DNA of 63,812 nt, counting the filler, from Reticulomyxa filosa (lineage: Eukaryota; Protista; Foraminifera), in assembly GCA_000512085.1 (NCBI GenBank). It is 11 parts of 11 records of this genome, joined end to end, with 100 filler letters (N's around TTAATTAATTAA, not from the genome) between each part and the next. Parts side by side here need not be neighbours in the genome. Positions count along the whole stretch, not along the records: positions 18,428 to 33,210 come from ASPP01029060.1; positions 33,311 to 41,716 come from ASPP01029661.1; 9 more parts are not named here. One strand, 5' to 3'. Shown in pieces: positions 24,201-37,729 of this stretch. The notes beneath the pieces were generated by a model, which had not been told where the DNA came from, ran no database searches, and worked only from the letters and a program-made list of their open reading frames with translations. Numbering within the stretch: position 1 is the first letter of the stretch; the number at the start of each line of letters is the position of its first letter. Made by a program: the position numbers and the translations under genes.

Positions 24201-25081
24201 TCAATAAATAAACAAAATAATTAAGGATTGATAAGATCGAAGAACAGCTAAAGGGATTCAATTCCTTGGAAGAACGCCCATTTCATTCTGATCTGAAGAA
24301 ACGTGAGGATATGCACGTGGAACCAAAATTGGGCCCTCGAGAAATTGGAAAAAATAAACATTACCAAGGTACTGAATATGAAGATGAACGATACTCGCGA
24401 AGAGACTTTTTGGAAGAACAAATGTGGTATCCTGCTTCTGAAATCAAAGACCCTTATCCAGTTTACTCCTAAAAAAATAGTCATTTTTATGTCCAATCTT
24501 TCCAGTAAATGTTAACACCGTCTGTTTCATAGACTCAGATATCCCGATTGGTAAATAAATTACCATCAGAAAAACTACGAATTCTTTTCAACACTCCTCC
24601 TCCGACTGGCTTTCATTCGGTTTGTCACTTTTTTTTTCACTGAGAAACTTGTACATCTTGGTAACAACGAAACATTACAGAAAATTATCTGGCTGAAGAC
24701 GTTGTACGATTTAGCGCAAGGAGAGTGAGTGATCTGAAAGATAAAGGTTACGACATTGACGAGGATGGAAATATCATGACAGCAAGGGGCGATAAGAAAA
24801 TTACACCGTTCACTGAGACTAGTATATCTCCAATTGCAGAACAAAAACCAAAAGATAAGTCAGAAACCGAAAATAAACCAGAAACAGAAAATAAACCAGA
24901 GACGGAAAATAAACCAGAGACAGAAAATAAACCAGAAACCGAAAATACAACTGGTAAAAATGAACCTCAAGAGGGAACTGCTTCTTCAACGCATAGAATG
25001 CATATGCATCACCGAACTTTCAGCAAGAGAGATCTGACTTCATTGGCAAAAGCATTACAAGATTTTGGGAAGACACTCTAG
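21262..25081 (+). CDS. Large multi-exon protein with at least two SAM domains and low-complexity repeats
   Basis: ELWTSAEVGRWLAQ...YAKQF...VNGTKLL (~22240-22450) and DWNPNEVKDWM...YADIV...VEGKELI (~23130-23335) fit SAM domains. Same-strand coding fragments are separated by A/T-rich GT-AG introns. The exact exon structure and start are uncertain. Confidence 0.7.
21474..21690 (+). repeat. Coding repeats: (AGQ)n 9-mers and an Asp/Asn GAYAAY hexamer tract
   Basis: gcaggacaa x~4 at ~21476-21510; gataatgacaat... at ~21570-21690. Confidence 0.85.
24860..24947 (+). repeat. 18-bp coding tandem repeat (KPETEN x~5)
   Basis: aaaccagaRacNgaaaat repeated. Confidence 0.9.
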
Positions 25082-25529
25082 AGTTTGTAGTTTGTGAGTT
25101 TGTAGGAAGTATTTTTTTTTAGAGAATTTTTTCCTTTTTCTTCATTTTGTTGACAAAAAATTGAGTGTGGACAAAAATTGAAGTTTGTGAGTTGTTTTAA
25201 ATTTATTGACTTTTGGATGAGTTTGGTTTTCGCCTACAGATCAATTTTTATCGACAGAGGAATTCAATTTTCATTACTCCGAAATATTTTCTGAGAATAT
25301 GAATTACTTTTTGCTCACATATACTACCTTGCTTTTGTCGAATCAACAAGGAAACATAAATCAAATTATTACAGATTTTGTGTAAAGACAATAACAGGAA
25401 ATAACAATTTATGAATATTCTTTTGTTCTGGTAAATTATGAAATATTTTAATAATTCAAGATGTTATATCTAAATTTTTTAGGTGATAAAACACAATAAA
25501 AAAAACTCAAAACGAGCTTGCAAAGATTT

Positions 25530-28343
25530 TTATAACAATGGTGTTAAGAAACACTCATGTCGTGGATCAATATCATTTTTCTTTGTGCTTCCCTTGATGA
25601 AAAAGGACCGAAATTTATTTCCATATTCTTGATAATGTTTCAAATATAAATACAGTGAGATAACTCCAAATCCAACAGGTTTCTCAGTCCCTGGTATAGA
25701 ACAACCATCGAAAACATAGCCAATAAACGAACTATCACTTTCATTTTTTTCCTCATTGCCACAGTATATCACATCCAATTTTTGAGGACAGCCTTTTGTT
25801 TTCGTTGTAATCTTGATTTTAATCAAAGCAAATTCGAACTTACGAATGTCAATGTCAAATTTAAATTCCTGTTCGCTGTTATGATTTTGTTGTCTGTCAA
25901 AGACACTCTTCAATTCATTTTCAAGGATAAAAGGATCTCTCAAGATATAATAGCGATCATTTTGCCATTCTTGAAGAGAAGAAATACAATGTTGATTCAA
26001 TTTAATTTGTAAATCATCAGCATCAACGTTCTTGCATCCAATCAAATGTAACAGCAGTTCGTGCTCATGTGTTTGTGGATGTTGTTCGTACTTTTCCATC
26101 ATAAATTTGAGATCTACTGCTGTGATAGTGCATCTATTCCAATAGTAAGCTTTTAAGATGTCACGTTTGTCTTTTTCATTCTGGGTTAATGTATCTAAGA
26201 TTTGGGTTGAAGAGGGAAAAGAATCAACTGACAGTTGTGGGTCTAGTGGTGTCATTGGAAAAGGGAGACGTTGCTTCCCGGTACTCAAGTCACACCAAAA
26301 AAGTTTGGCCACAAATCAAAAGGAAACAAGAAATGCTTTAATTTGTCCCGTTTGTTTCGTGGCAATTTGAAATACTGCGATTTCAAAAAATCCAATTTTA
26401 CATATTTTAACCAATAGTGAATACTAGAAATACTATCAATATCATACATGTTGAAGTATTCTCCATTATCGGAAAAAGCATTGCACATATTGAAATGTTT
26501 TATACCAATGACTCGCCCTCCGCCTTGAAACAAAGCATTCCAAAACAATCGGCCAATTTTTCCAGTTTCGCTGTTTTTTATCACCGGTTGGTTATCGGAA
26601 GTATACTCAATGATAAAATTCGGGATAATTAAATCCCAACCATGTTTGCATCGAATCAATTGAAATGGGAACTCATAAATCAAGTTCTCTTTCATCCACT
26701 GTTCACATGGCTTATCTTGAGTTGCAGATTGATCGGCATTCTCATTGTCAATATTGGTATTAACATTGGCTTCATCAATTGGACCAATGACACAGCTGTG
26801 TTGATGAAAGTATTTATCAAATGTAATATTGTTCAATTGCAAATATTTCATTTGCAAATATGGATTGGTTGCTTTTGTTTTGTTTTTTTGTTCCTCCATT
26901 TGTGCCAGAAATACGTCTTTCAATTTTACTTTGACATTTTTTGTGTTTTTATTACAATTCACAAGCACAAATGGCTGTTGGATATCTTTCAAATATTTGT
27001 TAGGATCGCACGCCCATGATCCACTCAGTATCAGCCCAGTCTCTTCAAATTCTTTTTCCTCACTTATCACCTGCTTCAATGACGCGCTTATCACCATACC
27101 CGACAACGGCCCACGCATTGAATACCGAACATATTCATACGTCGAGTTCATTTCTTTCCATTGCAGCTGCGGCATTTCTTTCTTCAAAAATGCAAGCAAT
27201 GCACTTTCTCAGAGTCCCAATCCAATTACGAGTTTCCAAGTACCAACAACAACAACAAACATTACCAATCCAAACTAATTATACGCCCATCTTGTGTATA
27301 CACAAAATATAACACAGAGAAGAGAGTGTGTATATAAGGTGGGTATTCGCAATATGAGATGGTATGTAAACGGACAGTTTATTTCATCATCGACATATAT
27401 GTATAAGAGAGAGAAGGGCACAACAGTAGTAATGGTAGTTGTGTTTTTTTAAAAACTTGTATACAGAGGAGTGAGCCCAGATCCACAACACTCTCTCCGA
27501 GTCATTAGACCAGGAATAATTCCAAGACATTTTGACACAAGTAATAAAGCCGAAGGGATATTTGGTTTGCGATTGAAATAAGAAAAAGCTCATTTCCAAA
27601 CGGCCCTGTAAAAAGGCGTCATTGCGAAGCCATTGTTCCCACTGGAACGGGGCGATGTAATTCTTGCACAGTTGCAAAATTCGACTTTGGTCGATGTGCT
27701 CAGCCTTTTGGGTTTGCACCGCAATCAGACGATATGCATAGGAAGCATCATGTAAAATGCAATAGTTTTGATAGAATCTGGCGACTGATCGGTGGAATTT
27801 GGGCTTTCGGGTTTGGCTCATTGTTGACGCAATCGAAATACCCCACAATGGCTGCATTTGCGCACGCTTGGCATACCACAAATGCGTTGGCAACCATCGG
27901 TTTTTATTCGCCTTTGTGTTACTATTGACCTGCGCTGCTGCAGGGTCTATGGGCACGTTGCGAGAGGGTAGTCTTTGCAATAACAGTGAAAAAGGTCGCC
28001 GTTTTTGATAACGAAGCAAAATTTTTTTCTCTTTGGTCACGCTTTGTTGTGACTTGCTTTGCTCTTTCTTTTTCTTTCTTTTTCTTGTAGACGTAAAATG
28101 AGAACGCCCTCTTCTTCGTCGATGTCGGCCTGTTGCGATACCCGCACCTGGTACTTTGATTTTCCGCGCAAAATCATTTAACAACGCCCTTGCTTCCATC
28201 GTTCGGTTTGTAAAGATTTCGCCACTGTCTATCGCTTCGTACTTTGAATTCAAAGATTTTACGTTACCTGCATCTTGCTTACTTTCATTTGCTTTATGTT
28301 CAGTGAGAAAGACATCAGTCAAGGCTTTATTCATTTTAACCAC
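25530..28343 (-). CDS. POP1: RNase P/MRP protein subunit POP1 (one unresolved intron ~27210-27460; apparent 1-nt frameshift at ~26300)
   Basis: RRRRGRSH, WLPTHLWYAKRAQM...WG, LHDASY and LWIWAHS (POP1 N-terminal motifs); GWDLIIP...FWNAL..GGRVIG (POPLD); LPRNKR...PF..W; IGYVFDG...GFG at the C-terminus. Confidence 0.88.
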
Positions 28344-28671
28344 TGAATTATCAATTCTTTTCCTCTATTCTTGATTACAAAGGGGCAATAAAAAAAAACT
28401 CGTACTTGGCAGCGACCCGTTATCCAATCCGAAATAGGACGATTGTTGAAGGTTTACTTTTTACTAAATAACAAATTTTTGTTTATATAATACTGTGTGC
28501 TTACAAAAATTGGTTATAAACTAATCTACCAGTGTTTTAACAAAAAAAAGAAATGAAATACTATAGGCAATGTTCCAACAAGGAACTGAACGCGTTGTAA
28601 AGAGAATTTTTCCTGACCCCTTGCATTTTCCAGCATTGTCGCATTGAATAAATCAGGTGGTACAGAATCAA

Positions 28672-30173
28672 ATGTACAGATTTCATTCACCATTACTGTG
28701 GTCATTTTCGCATCATACAAACAAATCTATTTCTCAGCCTCTGGCTTGGAGGTTTTCACGTGTGACAAGTCATAACAACCGTGCAAACGCGATGATAAGC
28801 CTAGCGACCATGAGATTTGGGACAGCATCAAAGGCAATTAAGCCTCCAGTCAAGAAAGATCCAAAAAAACCAGAGACAACATTGCCTGACGAACAAGAGT
28901 TATTTAAAAACAACAGCGAAAGATGATTTAAACAAATAAACAACAAAACAAAACAAAACAAAAAAAGAAACATTGATGACGAATATATTCCAGAAGTAGA
29001 TTGGGACCACACAAAAATGGAAGAGCATTACAACCGCATATGGGAGCCGTATAAAACACCACCGACATTTCGCGAACGTGTATATGATCGAGCGTTGCAA
29101 ATAGTAATTGCAGTATGTTTGATAACGACAGCGTCGGTAATCGTGTTTGCAGCATTCAGTCATTTGAAAATGCGAAAGCAATTGCGCTATGTGAAAAAAA
29201 CACACAAGCAATATCGAACTATACGACCTGTTCTAGAGCAACATCCCAATATCATCCCCTTAGATCGTAATACCCTAAGCGTCAAGCCCATTTATCAAAT
29301 GCTTCTTCCATTGGCCGATGAAAAAGGTTTTTTCGACGTCATACACATATTTATGTATATGTATATATTGTATGCTTTGTGGTATAGGAGGTCTTTCTAC
29401 CTCTGTTTTTTTAAAGAGATAATAAATTTGTAAAAAAAAAAAAAGGCAAAGTAACATTGGAAAAATTGAGAGAGAATCACGTATGGAAGAGCTTGTTGGA
29501 ATTGCAGTTACCACTTGATGAGGTAGCCGATTGGGAGAAAAAAGGTGTCGTGCACATTGGAGATATCACCTTTTTGTTGGCGTTATTGCAGTACTTTCTG
29601 GCAGAACCTTCTCGAAAAGGCACACCAGTTTTGTTGCTTTTTTTTTTTAAGTGACAAATGCGTGCACTCTGTTTTATTAAACAGTCAAAACAAAGGAAAA
29701 ATGTAATATAGAAATGTTTCTTTTTATTACTCTTTCTTTAGAAAATACGTCGTGAAGTCAGAGACGATCTGTTTAAGATGATAGCCAGCTTTGATGAAAC
29801 AAGCAAGCCTCGTCTACGAGCTTGTGGATACTTTGCTAGTGCTTGCTTTTCTCTCGGTTAGATATATCTGTGATTTGAATTGTACATTGTTTTTGAGTTC
29901 GTGGAAGGGGTATCTTACTATAATACACATTTATGCTTGTGTGATTATGTACTGTCTCCTTTAGCCTTGTTGTCTCCTCCCGATCTTGGTAATGAAATCA
30001 TCCGTGGACAGACCTTGGATGAGTTCAAAATGAATTATGTTCGGTATATGTTGAGGAACGAATCGCTCCAAGAGAACGACGAAATTCCAGTGCGCAACTT
30101 CAACTTCTTATACAAAATCTGTGATTTCAGCATTGGCTTGACTCAGGAAACACGAGGACAATTGGCCAAATAA
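28672..30173 (+). CDS. Hypothetical multi-exon single-pass membrane protein with a mitochondrial-type presequence
   Basis: The N-terminus MYRFHSPLLWSFSHH...RFSRV...MRF is R/S-rich and acid-free. It splices to ORF 29017-29433, which holds the hydrophobic stretch IVIAVCLITTASVIVFAAF. Later exons run to a TAA at 30171-30173. Confidence 0.55.
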
Positions 30174-30739
30174 TTCTTCACTGTCAAAGTCTCTTTTTCC
30201 ATATGTCTTGATGAATTACTTGTCATATGTCATCATTGTCGAACACATTTTTTTTTTTTTTTTTTAAAAGTGCTCATCATTTTATTTGCATCAAGTCTCA
30301 TCTTTAGGTTACTTGATCCCTTCTGCTAAATTTTTAGGGTTTAAGTTGTATCTACAAGTATATTTTTTTGATATCTGCATCCCTCCCATTTATGTTTGTG
30401 TTTTAAACCCAGCAGGTAACAAGAACACACAAAAGAATAGAATTAATAATGGATTATTAGTTACAAATATACAGACTTTTAAAAAAATAATTTTTAATTG
30501 AGTTATCTAATTGTCCAAATTAAATTGATGTTGGTTGTTCTTTTTTTTGAACGATATCCTTCTCTTGTCAAGTAATCCAGAAACCATTAAGATGAATACC
30601 AAAATTATACACTTTATAAAAATTATTCGATTGGGGTTTTTTTGTCTGCTTCATAATAATTGTCAGAAAAAAACAAAAGAAAGGGGTTCGCGCTAAAGTT
30701 CAAAAAACAGAACCGAGAAAGGCGAAGGGAACAGAAAGA

Positions 30740-33149
30740 ATGATGAATGATATTATTTCATATTCTAAGGCAGATAATGAGATTCAATTGAAGGAGGAAT
30801 CAAAGAGGGCAACAGATGGAGAGTCAAAATTGGTGGAGGAACTAAGCGACGAGATAAGCCACAACAGTATAGGATACATTTGTGGTCATGATGTGTGTTC
30901 ATCGATGGGATGTTATCCGAATAGTATCGAATGGAGCGGACAAAATGTGCTAAGCGTAATGCACGGACCATTTATAAGTATAATCGACATAAACTATTTA
31001 TACAAAGGAAAGCCACTGGAACGAACAATGTTGGAATGCAAGAACGATATAAGTTTGGGATTAAATGGAGGACTTGGACATATCCATGTAATTCCATCAA
31101 TATTATCAGATTGTCATTTGGAAAAAATCAATACCAATGATGACAACAACAATAACAATTTTGAAAGCTTATCTCCATTGCTATTTACACAAATGAAATG
31201 GTGTCCAAATGAAAACAACGATAACCACCGAGTATTTAAAAATTCCGGATTGATATGTGTATTGCAATCAGATTATTCCATTTTTGTGTATGGGCAAATA
31301 CCATTGTTATGGAATACGAATCTGCACATGTCAACCCATTGCATCACACCTCAGTTTACAAGTGTCGCTGCCATTAATCAATGCATACAGCCACGTTAAT
31401 TTGCATCTTGCATTATCTGTTGTGTGTTCATAAGTCAAAACATTCCACATAAATTGTACACAAAAATGATATGACAGTATCATTGCTCCCAACTGCTATC
31501 ACATGGCTGGGAAGTGAGTATCTATGTATTGGAACGAAGGAAGGCAAGGTGTATTTGCTGACGTTGACAATGAATCACAGTCGAATGTCGGGGTTGATAG
31601 AAGCAATGAAACTACAAGACCAATTCCATCAATCTGAGTCTCAATCTCAATCCCAATCCCAATCAGAATCGCAATCGCAAACGAGACTGGACTGGACAAG
31701 CCATTCCAATGGTTGGGAAGATTTGATCGATGTTGAAATTAATGATTTGGAATTTTTTTCAAACCAATCAAATTCAGAGAACATCTCTGTTGAAAGTGTG
31801 ACTATGATTGATGCAATCGTATTACCGACGAGACAACAAGATACGACAAAAACAGCAACAAAAAAAAAAAAAACAAAAAAATTGGACAAGAGCGGCAATG
31901 ACAAAAAAGAAAACGACGACTGTGTTTCGAACAACACATTTCTACTTGCATTTGCATTTGAAACAAAAATTGAAGTTTGGCAGCTATCGATCGGCAATTA
32001 CAAGAAAAGTTTAATTTGGCAGTCGCAACAATGTAAAGATGCGTTTCAATATCAAAACGAATTTGGTAACATATCCTGTTTGAAATGGATCTCTTTTCCC
32101 TCAAAACGATCATCCTACAATGACAATGAGAACAATGACAATGAGAACAATGACTTTGATGTGATTTTGGCGTTTACGAAAAATCGTCATTTGTATACTT
32201 TGCCCATTTGCTTTAATCGTGCTTCTTTTGAGTTCACAATCGGACCATTGCGACAATGTTTGGATCAATCCAATGATATGGCAATGAACGGACTGATCTA
32301 CGTTCCAAAGAAGAAATTGATTATGACAAGTAGTCATGATGGATGTATCCAATCATTTGCCATCGACACTGGAAATCGGGTCTTTGACAATGATATTGAA
32401 AAGTTAGTCGAGCAGGTCTTATTAATTTTGGAACGCGAAATGCTGGATCATCATCAACACACGGGCAGTCCAATGAAGCGACGAACTGGCGTTGGCATCG
32501 CTATTGATCCGAATCAATTATTAATTGCTTTGGTTCATCCCGTTCCTATCAGAAGTGCCACTCGTTTGGCTACTGTTTGTTTGTTTTGTTTTATACTATA
32601 TATATATGTGTACATATGTATATATGTTGTTTTTTTTTTCCACATTGTTATTTTTTTTTTTTTTTAAAAAAGGGACTTCAACAAATCCACTTGTATCCAA
32701 TTTCAATTGACTGCACTTATATTATCAATCATTGCAAAATTTGGCCTCTGAAACAAATCATATCATTTTTCCAAACAATTTGGCATTGTGCTTGGATTAT
32801 TTACCTTTTGCACTAGCCGAGTTGAGTAATTTGTTACTTTAGTACTATTTTTATCTGTGTACATGTTGCTTCCCTCTATCGATTCTCTTTTTTTTTATTA
32901 TTCGTCGCGCATGCGCAGCGTTAATGACATAATAAATATAGAATAGCGCAGAATTTTTTGAATGATTTTGAATCCAATTTTGAAAAGTGGTTTCATGTTT
33001 CAAGTCCAAATGACGACAGCGACAATAATGATCTTGAAGTTGCAGACATCACAATTAATTGGAATATTATTCAACAGCATTTACCTACGCTCCGATTGTT
33101 TTTTCTCTTGTTCAGATACTTTATTTCCAGAGTCCAACCTGTAATTTAA
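30740..33149 (+). CDS. Beta-propeller protein resembling the N-terminus of TFIIIC subunit 4 (TFIIIC90/Tfc8), 3'-partial
   Basis: SIEWSGQNVLSV, MKWCP...GLICVLQSDYSIFVY and AITW...LCIGTKEGKVYL resemble the TFIIIC_delta motif order. Long ORFs 30740-31399 and 31471-32667 are separated by short introns. Confidence 0.5.
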
Positions 33150-33210
33150 TTTTATTTTTTTATTTTTTTTTTTTTTGTAACAATCATAATATATATTTCA
33201 TAATATATTT

Positions 33211-33310
33211 NNNNNNNNNNNNNNNNNNNNNNNNNNNNNNNNNNNNNNNNNNNNTTAATTAATTAANNNNNNNNNNNNNNNNNNNNNNNNNNNNNNNNNN
33301 NNNNNNNNNN
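33211..33310. other. Artificial contig spacer
   Basis: 44 N + TTAATTAATTAA + 44 N. Confidence 0.99.
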
Positions 33311-34580
33311 TATAAATTATAATAATGTTTGCAAAAAGATTTACATATAATGTATTGTACTATCTATCAGATATGATCAATTATACTCATTGAAATCACA
33401 TAAAAATTATTGAACGCAATCTTGAAATCTTTGCAATGAATACACAATATAACATTTTATATTATATAATTTTTAATTTTTGCTGATGAAGATAATAAGC
33501 AACAAATTATATTATTTATCAACTATTATATTTCTTTTAAAATGACACAAATTCAATGATTTCTTCCAATCTGTTGCACACATCAACGATTGAGTCTCCA
33601 ACATATTAATTATTCTTTTTTCAAAAACATATTTACAATATTTTTAAAAAACATTGAATTCTTCTTTGTTAAAAATGCAGCAATTATTTGTGTTCAATAT
33701 ATCAAGTCGCGCCAATCATGCCGGAGAAGAAATAATCCAAGTTCACAATTAATTTAATATAAAACTATAAGTATCAACAAATAATAAAAAATATTATTTT
33801 TTTTAAAGGTCGAGTATTTACATATGTGGATAAAAATCAAGAATAAGCCTGCGATAATTTATACGTGGTGTTGGTAGCAGATTTGTAGAATAAGCTATCA
33901 CAAACATATTTTTCACAAATATATTTTTGTTTACTCAGCACATCAATTTCAAGTTCCGCAGACTCTGCCTGCTGTGTCTTTTTATTTTTACAAAGATAGT
34001 AACGACTATAATTTGCTTATTGTATATTGTCCTGAATAATTCATTGAAGAAACTACTCGACCGTTGTGGACGCTTTGATTGCTATGAAAAGGTTTGAACT
34101 ACAAATAATAATTCTTTCAGTCTTAAAGTGAATTTCATCAAACAAAGTGCACTCATTTTCCGCTTTCCATTGTACAAATAACAGGGTCATCTTCTTTCAA
34201 ACTCTTTGCCTTTTTCAATATAATATAAAACTAACTTTAATCTTTGTATTTCTTTGATTTTCCCTTTTTTTTTAAGTAAAAGATTTTACAAAAGGAAAGC
34301 GACTTCTTTTCAACTAACTAAATAGTATTTACCAACGTGACAAAGAAACGCAATGAAGATTGAAGCGTATAAATCAATTATACTTGTAAATAAGCGCCGA
34401 TTGAAAATATTTATACTATTAATATTTTCTTCGTATCAAACATTTATTAAATTCATATTTACAAGAATGTTTAATGCGAGAAAAGACATTTTTGAATATT
34501 TTTGTTGAGTAATGGGAAAAAAATTTATTCAATCAAAAAAAAGCAAATTAATCAAAATTTTTTTGTTTCAAAAGATGATG

Positions 34581-35982
34581 CTACCCCCAAATATGGATAA
34601 GCCCATTGTATGAGCTATAACACAGACTAATGCCACCATTATCGCTTTTGCTTTTTTTTTCTTTGTTTTTTAATTGTAGAAATTTAAGAGCGTATATTCC
34701 ATCATCTTTTTCTACAGCTCCTTTGATCACATGCAATTCATTCTTATCTGATCGAGCATCCCAAAAACGAATTGTATTATCAAATGATCCAGAACATAGT
34801 ACATTTGAACTAATATCAATTTCTTTATTCTTTACTAAAAATGGTGAATATTCAACAGAATTTATGCTATTTGTATGTCCATTGAACACTTGAATTTGTT
34901 GACCAGATCGAATATCCCACAAACGAACACTTTTATCTGCAGATCCAGATAATATTGTATTTATTAATTCATTTGATCCATATTTTACACTATTCACGAA
35001 ACTGCCATGTCCTTCAAAAACACTCAATTGTTTAGCTGTTTCAATATCCCATATACGAATGGTTTTATCCAATGATCCAGAACAAATGGTATATCCATTA
35101 CCACCAATTATGCCAATACTATTACTTTCATTACTGGCGTTGTTATTACTTTGTAAAGGTGAAAAATTCACACACAAAATACTACCTAAATGTCCATTTA
35201 AAACGTGTAATGATTTAGATGTTTCAACATCAGATAAATTAATTTTACTGTTACCATATCCAGAGCACAAATATCGACCACCATTAAACGGTGAGAATTC
35301 AATATCACCAACCCAGCCAAAGTTATTTTCAAATATTTGGAATTGTTTGTTATCTTTGATATACCAAAAGCGAATAGTTTGGTCACTTGACGAAGAACAA
35401 ATGACATGACGACGATGATTATGATAATGATATGGTGAAAATTTTACAGAATACACAGGTTCCGAATGCCCATTAAATACTTGAATGCGACTATTGGTTT
35501 CAACATCCCATACGCAAATAGTGTTATCATGTGATCCTGAATAAATAAATTGACCACCGTCAAATGTTGAATAATCAATGCTATACACAAGACCATTGTG
35601 CCCAGTGAATGTTTTGAGCAATTTAGAAGACGCGAGAAACGCTTCAAAAATGAAAAAGTTAGTTGTCTATGTTAGACAGTGATAAAAACAATAACAAATA
35701 ACTATTCGCATACTTGCTTGTCACTGAATGAAAAAAAAATTAACAAAACATAACATATTCGGCAACAAGTTTGTTAAAATCATGGATCCATCCTAGTTTA
35801 ATGCTTAATGCTCGAATCCAATGTTCGATAATTATTTGGATCTCTTCTTCTGACTGCTTAACCACAAGTTCGTAAATAAATACAATGAAAACATAAGGAC
35901 AATTAGCCTTTTACAAGATTGAAGTGAAGCTTACCAATGAAGGTTGAGATAACGTTTGTTTTGCATTGTCAAGAGTGATCAT
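34581..35982 (-). CDS. WD40-repeat protein, ~410 aa; exons 35982-35935, 35853-35755, 35666-34581
   Basis: Repeats of GH...V...YS/FS...SGSxDxTIRxWD. The middle exon encodes SEEEIQIIIEHWIRALSIKLGWIHDFNKLVAEY. All junctions are GT-AG, phase 0. Confidence 0.9.
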
Positions 35983-36500
35983 TCTTTAAAATTTTTTTTT
36001 TCTTTTGGTTTTGCTTAGATGATTGATGTTCGATGAAAAACTGTTTGAACTTTTTTACGTCACAATCAACGAAAGAGCTGTCACTTTTTTTTACGTACGA
36101 ATATTACAAAAGGTTTTGTTTGAATAATTTATGCAATATAAAATACATTTTTCGTTTTTTTTCAGAGGCATGTCAAGTTCTTCCTTTTTTAAAAAAATGA
36201 CATGGGTAATTGAACACACACAAAAACTCATGAACAATTCTGAAATGTTACTTTATAAACTTTAACACAAAGAGAAGAAGGTAAATCATTGTTTATCACA
36301 TTCATTCAAAATATCAACCAAAATGCAAAGCGTTTTGCACTTTTAAAATAACTTCATGTAATTGTGTGATACAATCAATATTGCAATTTTTTAATAAAAA
36401 ATCATAAATATTCGTTTTCTAAGTCATGCCACTCCGAAAAAATTTAAACGGATGTACTTCCCCTTTTAAAAAAATTTTACGGTTCATCAGCATTAACAAC

Positions 36501-37729
36501 ATGAGTGACCAAGCCTTTCAAGCTTTGAAGGAGTTGCCCAATCCACTTAAGCAACCTCAATGTGTGCTACACAAATACGAACTTATCATTTGTGGAGGTT
36601 GGAACAAAAGAGCTTGTTATTCTTATCATACAATTAAAAACAAATACAAGTTTATCTGTGAGTATCCACGTCGTGTTAAATTATGGGGACACTGTGTAGT
36701 GAAACTGGTAGATAACAATAACAATAACAACAAAGAGAGTAATCAACTCACTTTGTTGTCTTTTGGATCTGATTGGAAGGGGAAAGGTAAACATACATTG
36801 GTGATGAAATATGTAAGTGTTTGGAGTAATATATCAAACAAATTGAATGAATTAAACAATTGCAATCAATGGGTTCCTTTCACAGACAATAACAATCAGC
36901 GAATTATCATTGGAAGAAATGAAGATGATTATCAAGGAGTGCGTGCAGTGATTGGTGGAAGTAACAATAATTTGTTATTTATCACTTATCTTGATAATAA
37001 TATTAGTGTGTTTGATTTAAATACATTTCAATTTATTAAACATGATACTTTACCAACTAATAATTTTATTCAATTTCATTGCTTTGTATCAAATTCAGAA
37101 AATAGACAAGGACAAGAAATGACGAAAGCAAATGAAGAAAAAAATAAACTAAATTACAAAATGATATTGTTTTATCGAAGGAAAGGATTATCAATTGAAT
37201 ATAATGAAGAGAACAGCATTTTTCAATTTGATAAACTAACTGCTTGTGATGATATTGCACCATTCTATCATTACGCATATGTGCGTGTCAATGATTTCAT
37301 ATTGTTCTTTGGTGGATGGATTTCAGGTGATGTATCAAAATCAGTGTATAAATATTCAATTCAAGAAAACAAATGGATGACATTTCAAGATACTTTACCT
37401 ACTCCATTATATAATTGTGCTGCAATACTGAGTGAAGACGACGGTCATATACACGTAATCGGAGGAAATAATGATAAATATATCACATTATCAACTCACA
37501 TAAAGACTAAAGTGCGTGTATGGGATTATTCACAGCTGGTAATTTTTTTTTTTTTTTATCAAACATAAATAAATTGTGTGCATGAACTGATTAACAAATA
37601 ATTAATAATAAACAGTCAAAAAATGAAATAAAATGCATTATCCAATATTGGATTCGAACTTCAGAAATAAAATTAGGATGGATCTATGATTTTGAGAAAA
37701 TTATCTTCAACTATAGTAGAAAGAAATAA
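36501..37729 (+). CDS. Kelch-type beta-propeller protein; exons 36501-37538 and 37616-37729
   Basis: LIICGG, AVIGG, ILFFGG...VYKY...NKW...LP and IHVIGG Kelch-like motifs. The last exon encodes SKNEIKCIIQYWIRTSEIKLGWIYDFEKIIFNYSRKK*. Confidence 0.88.
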
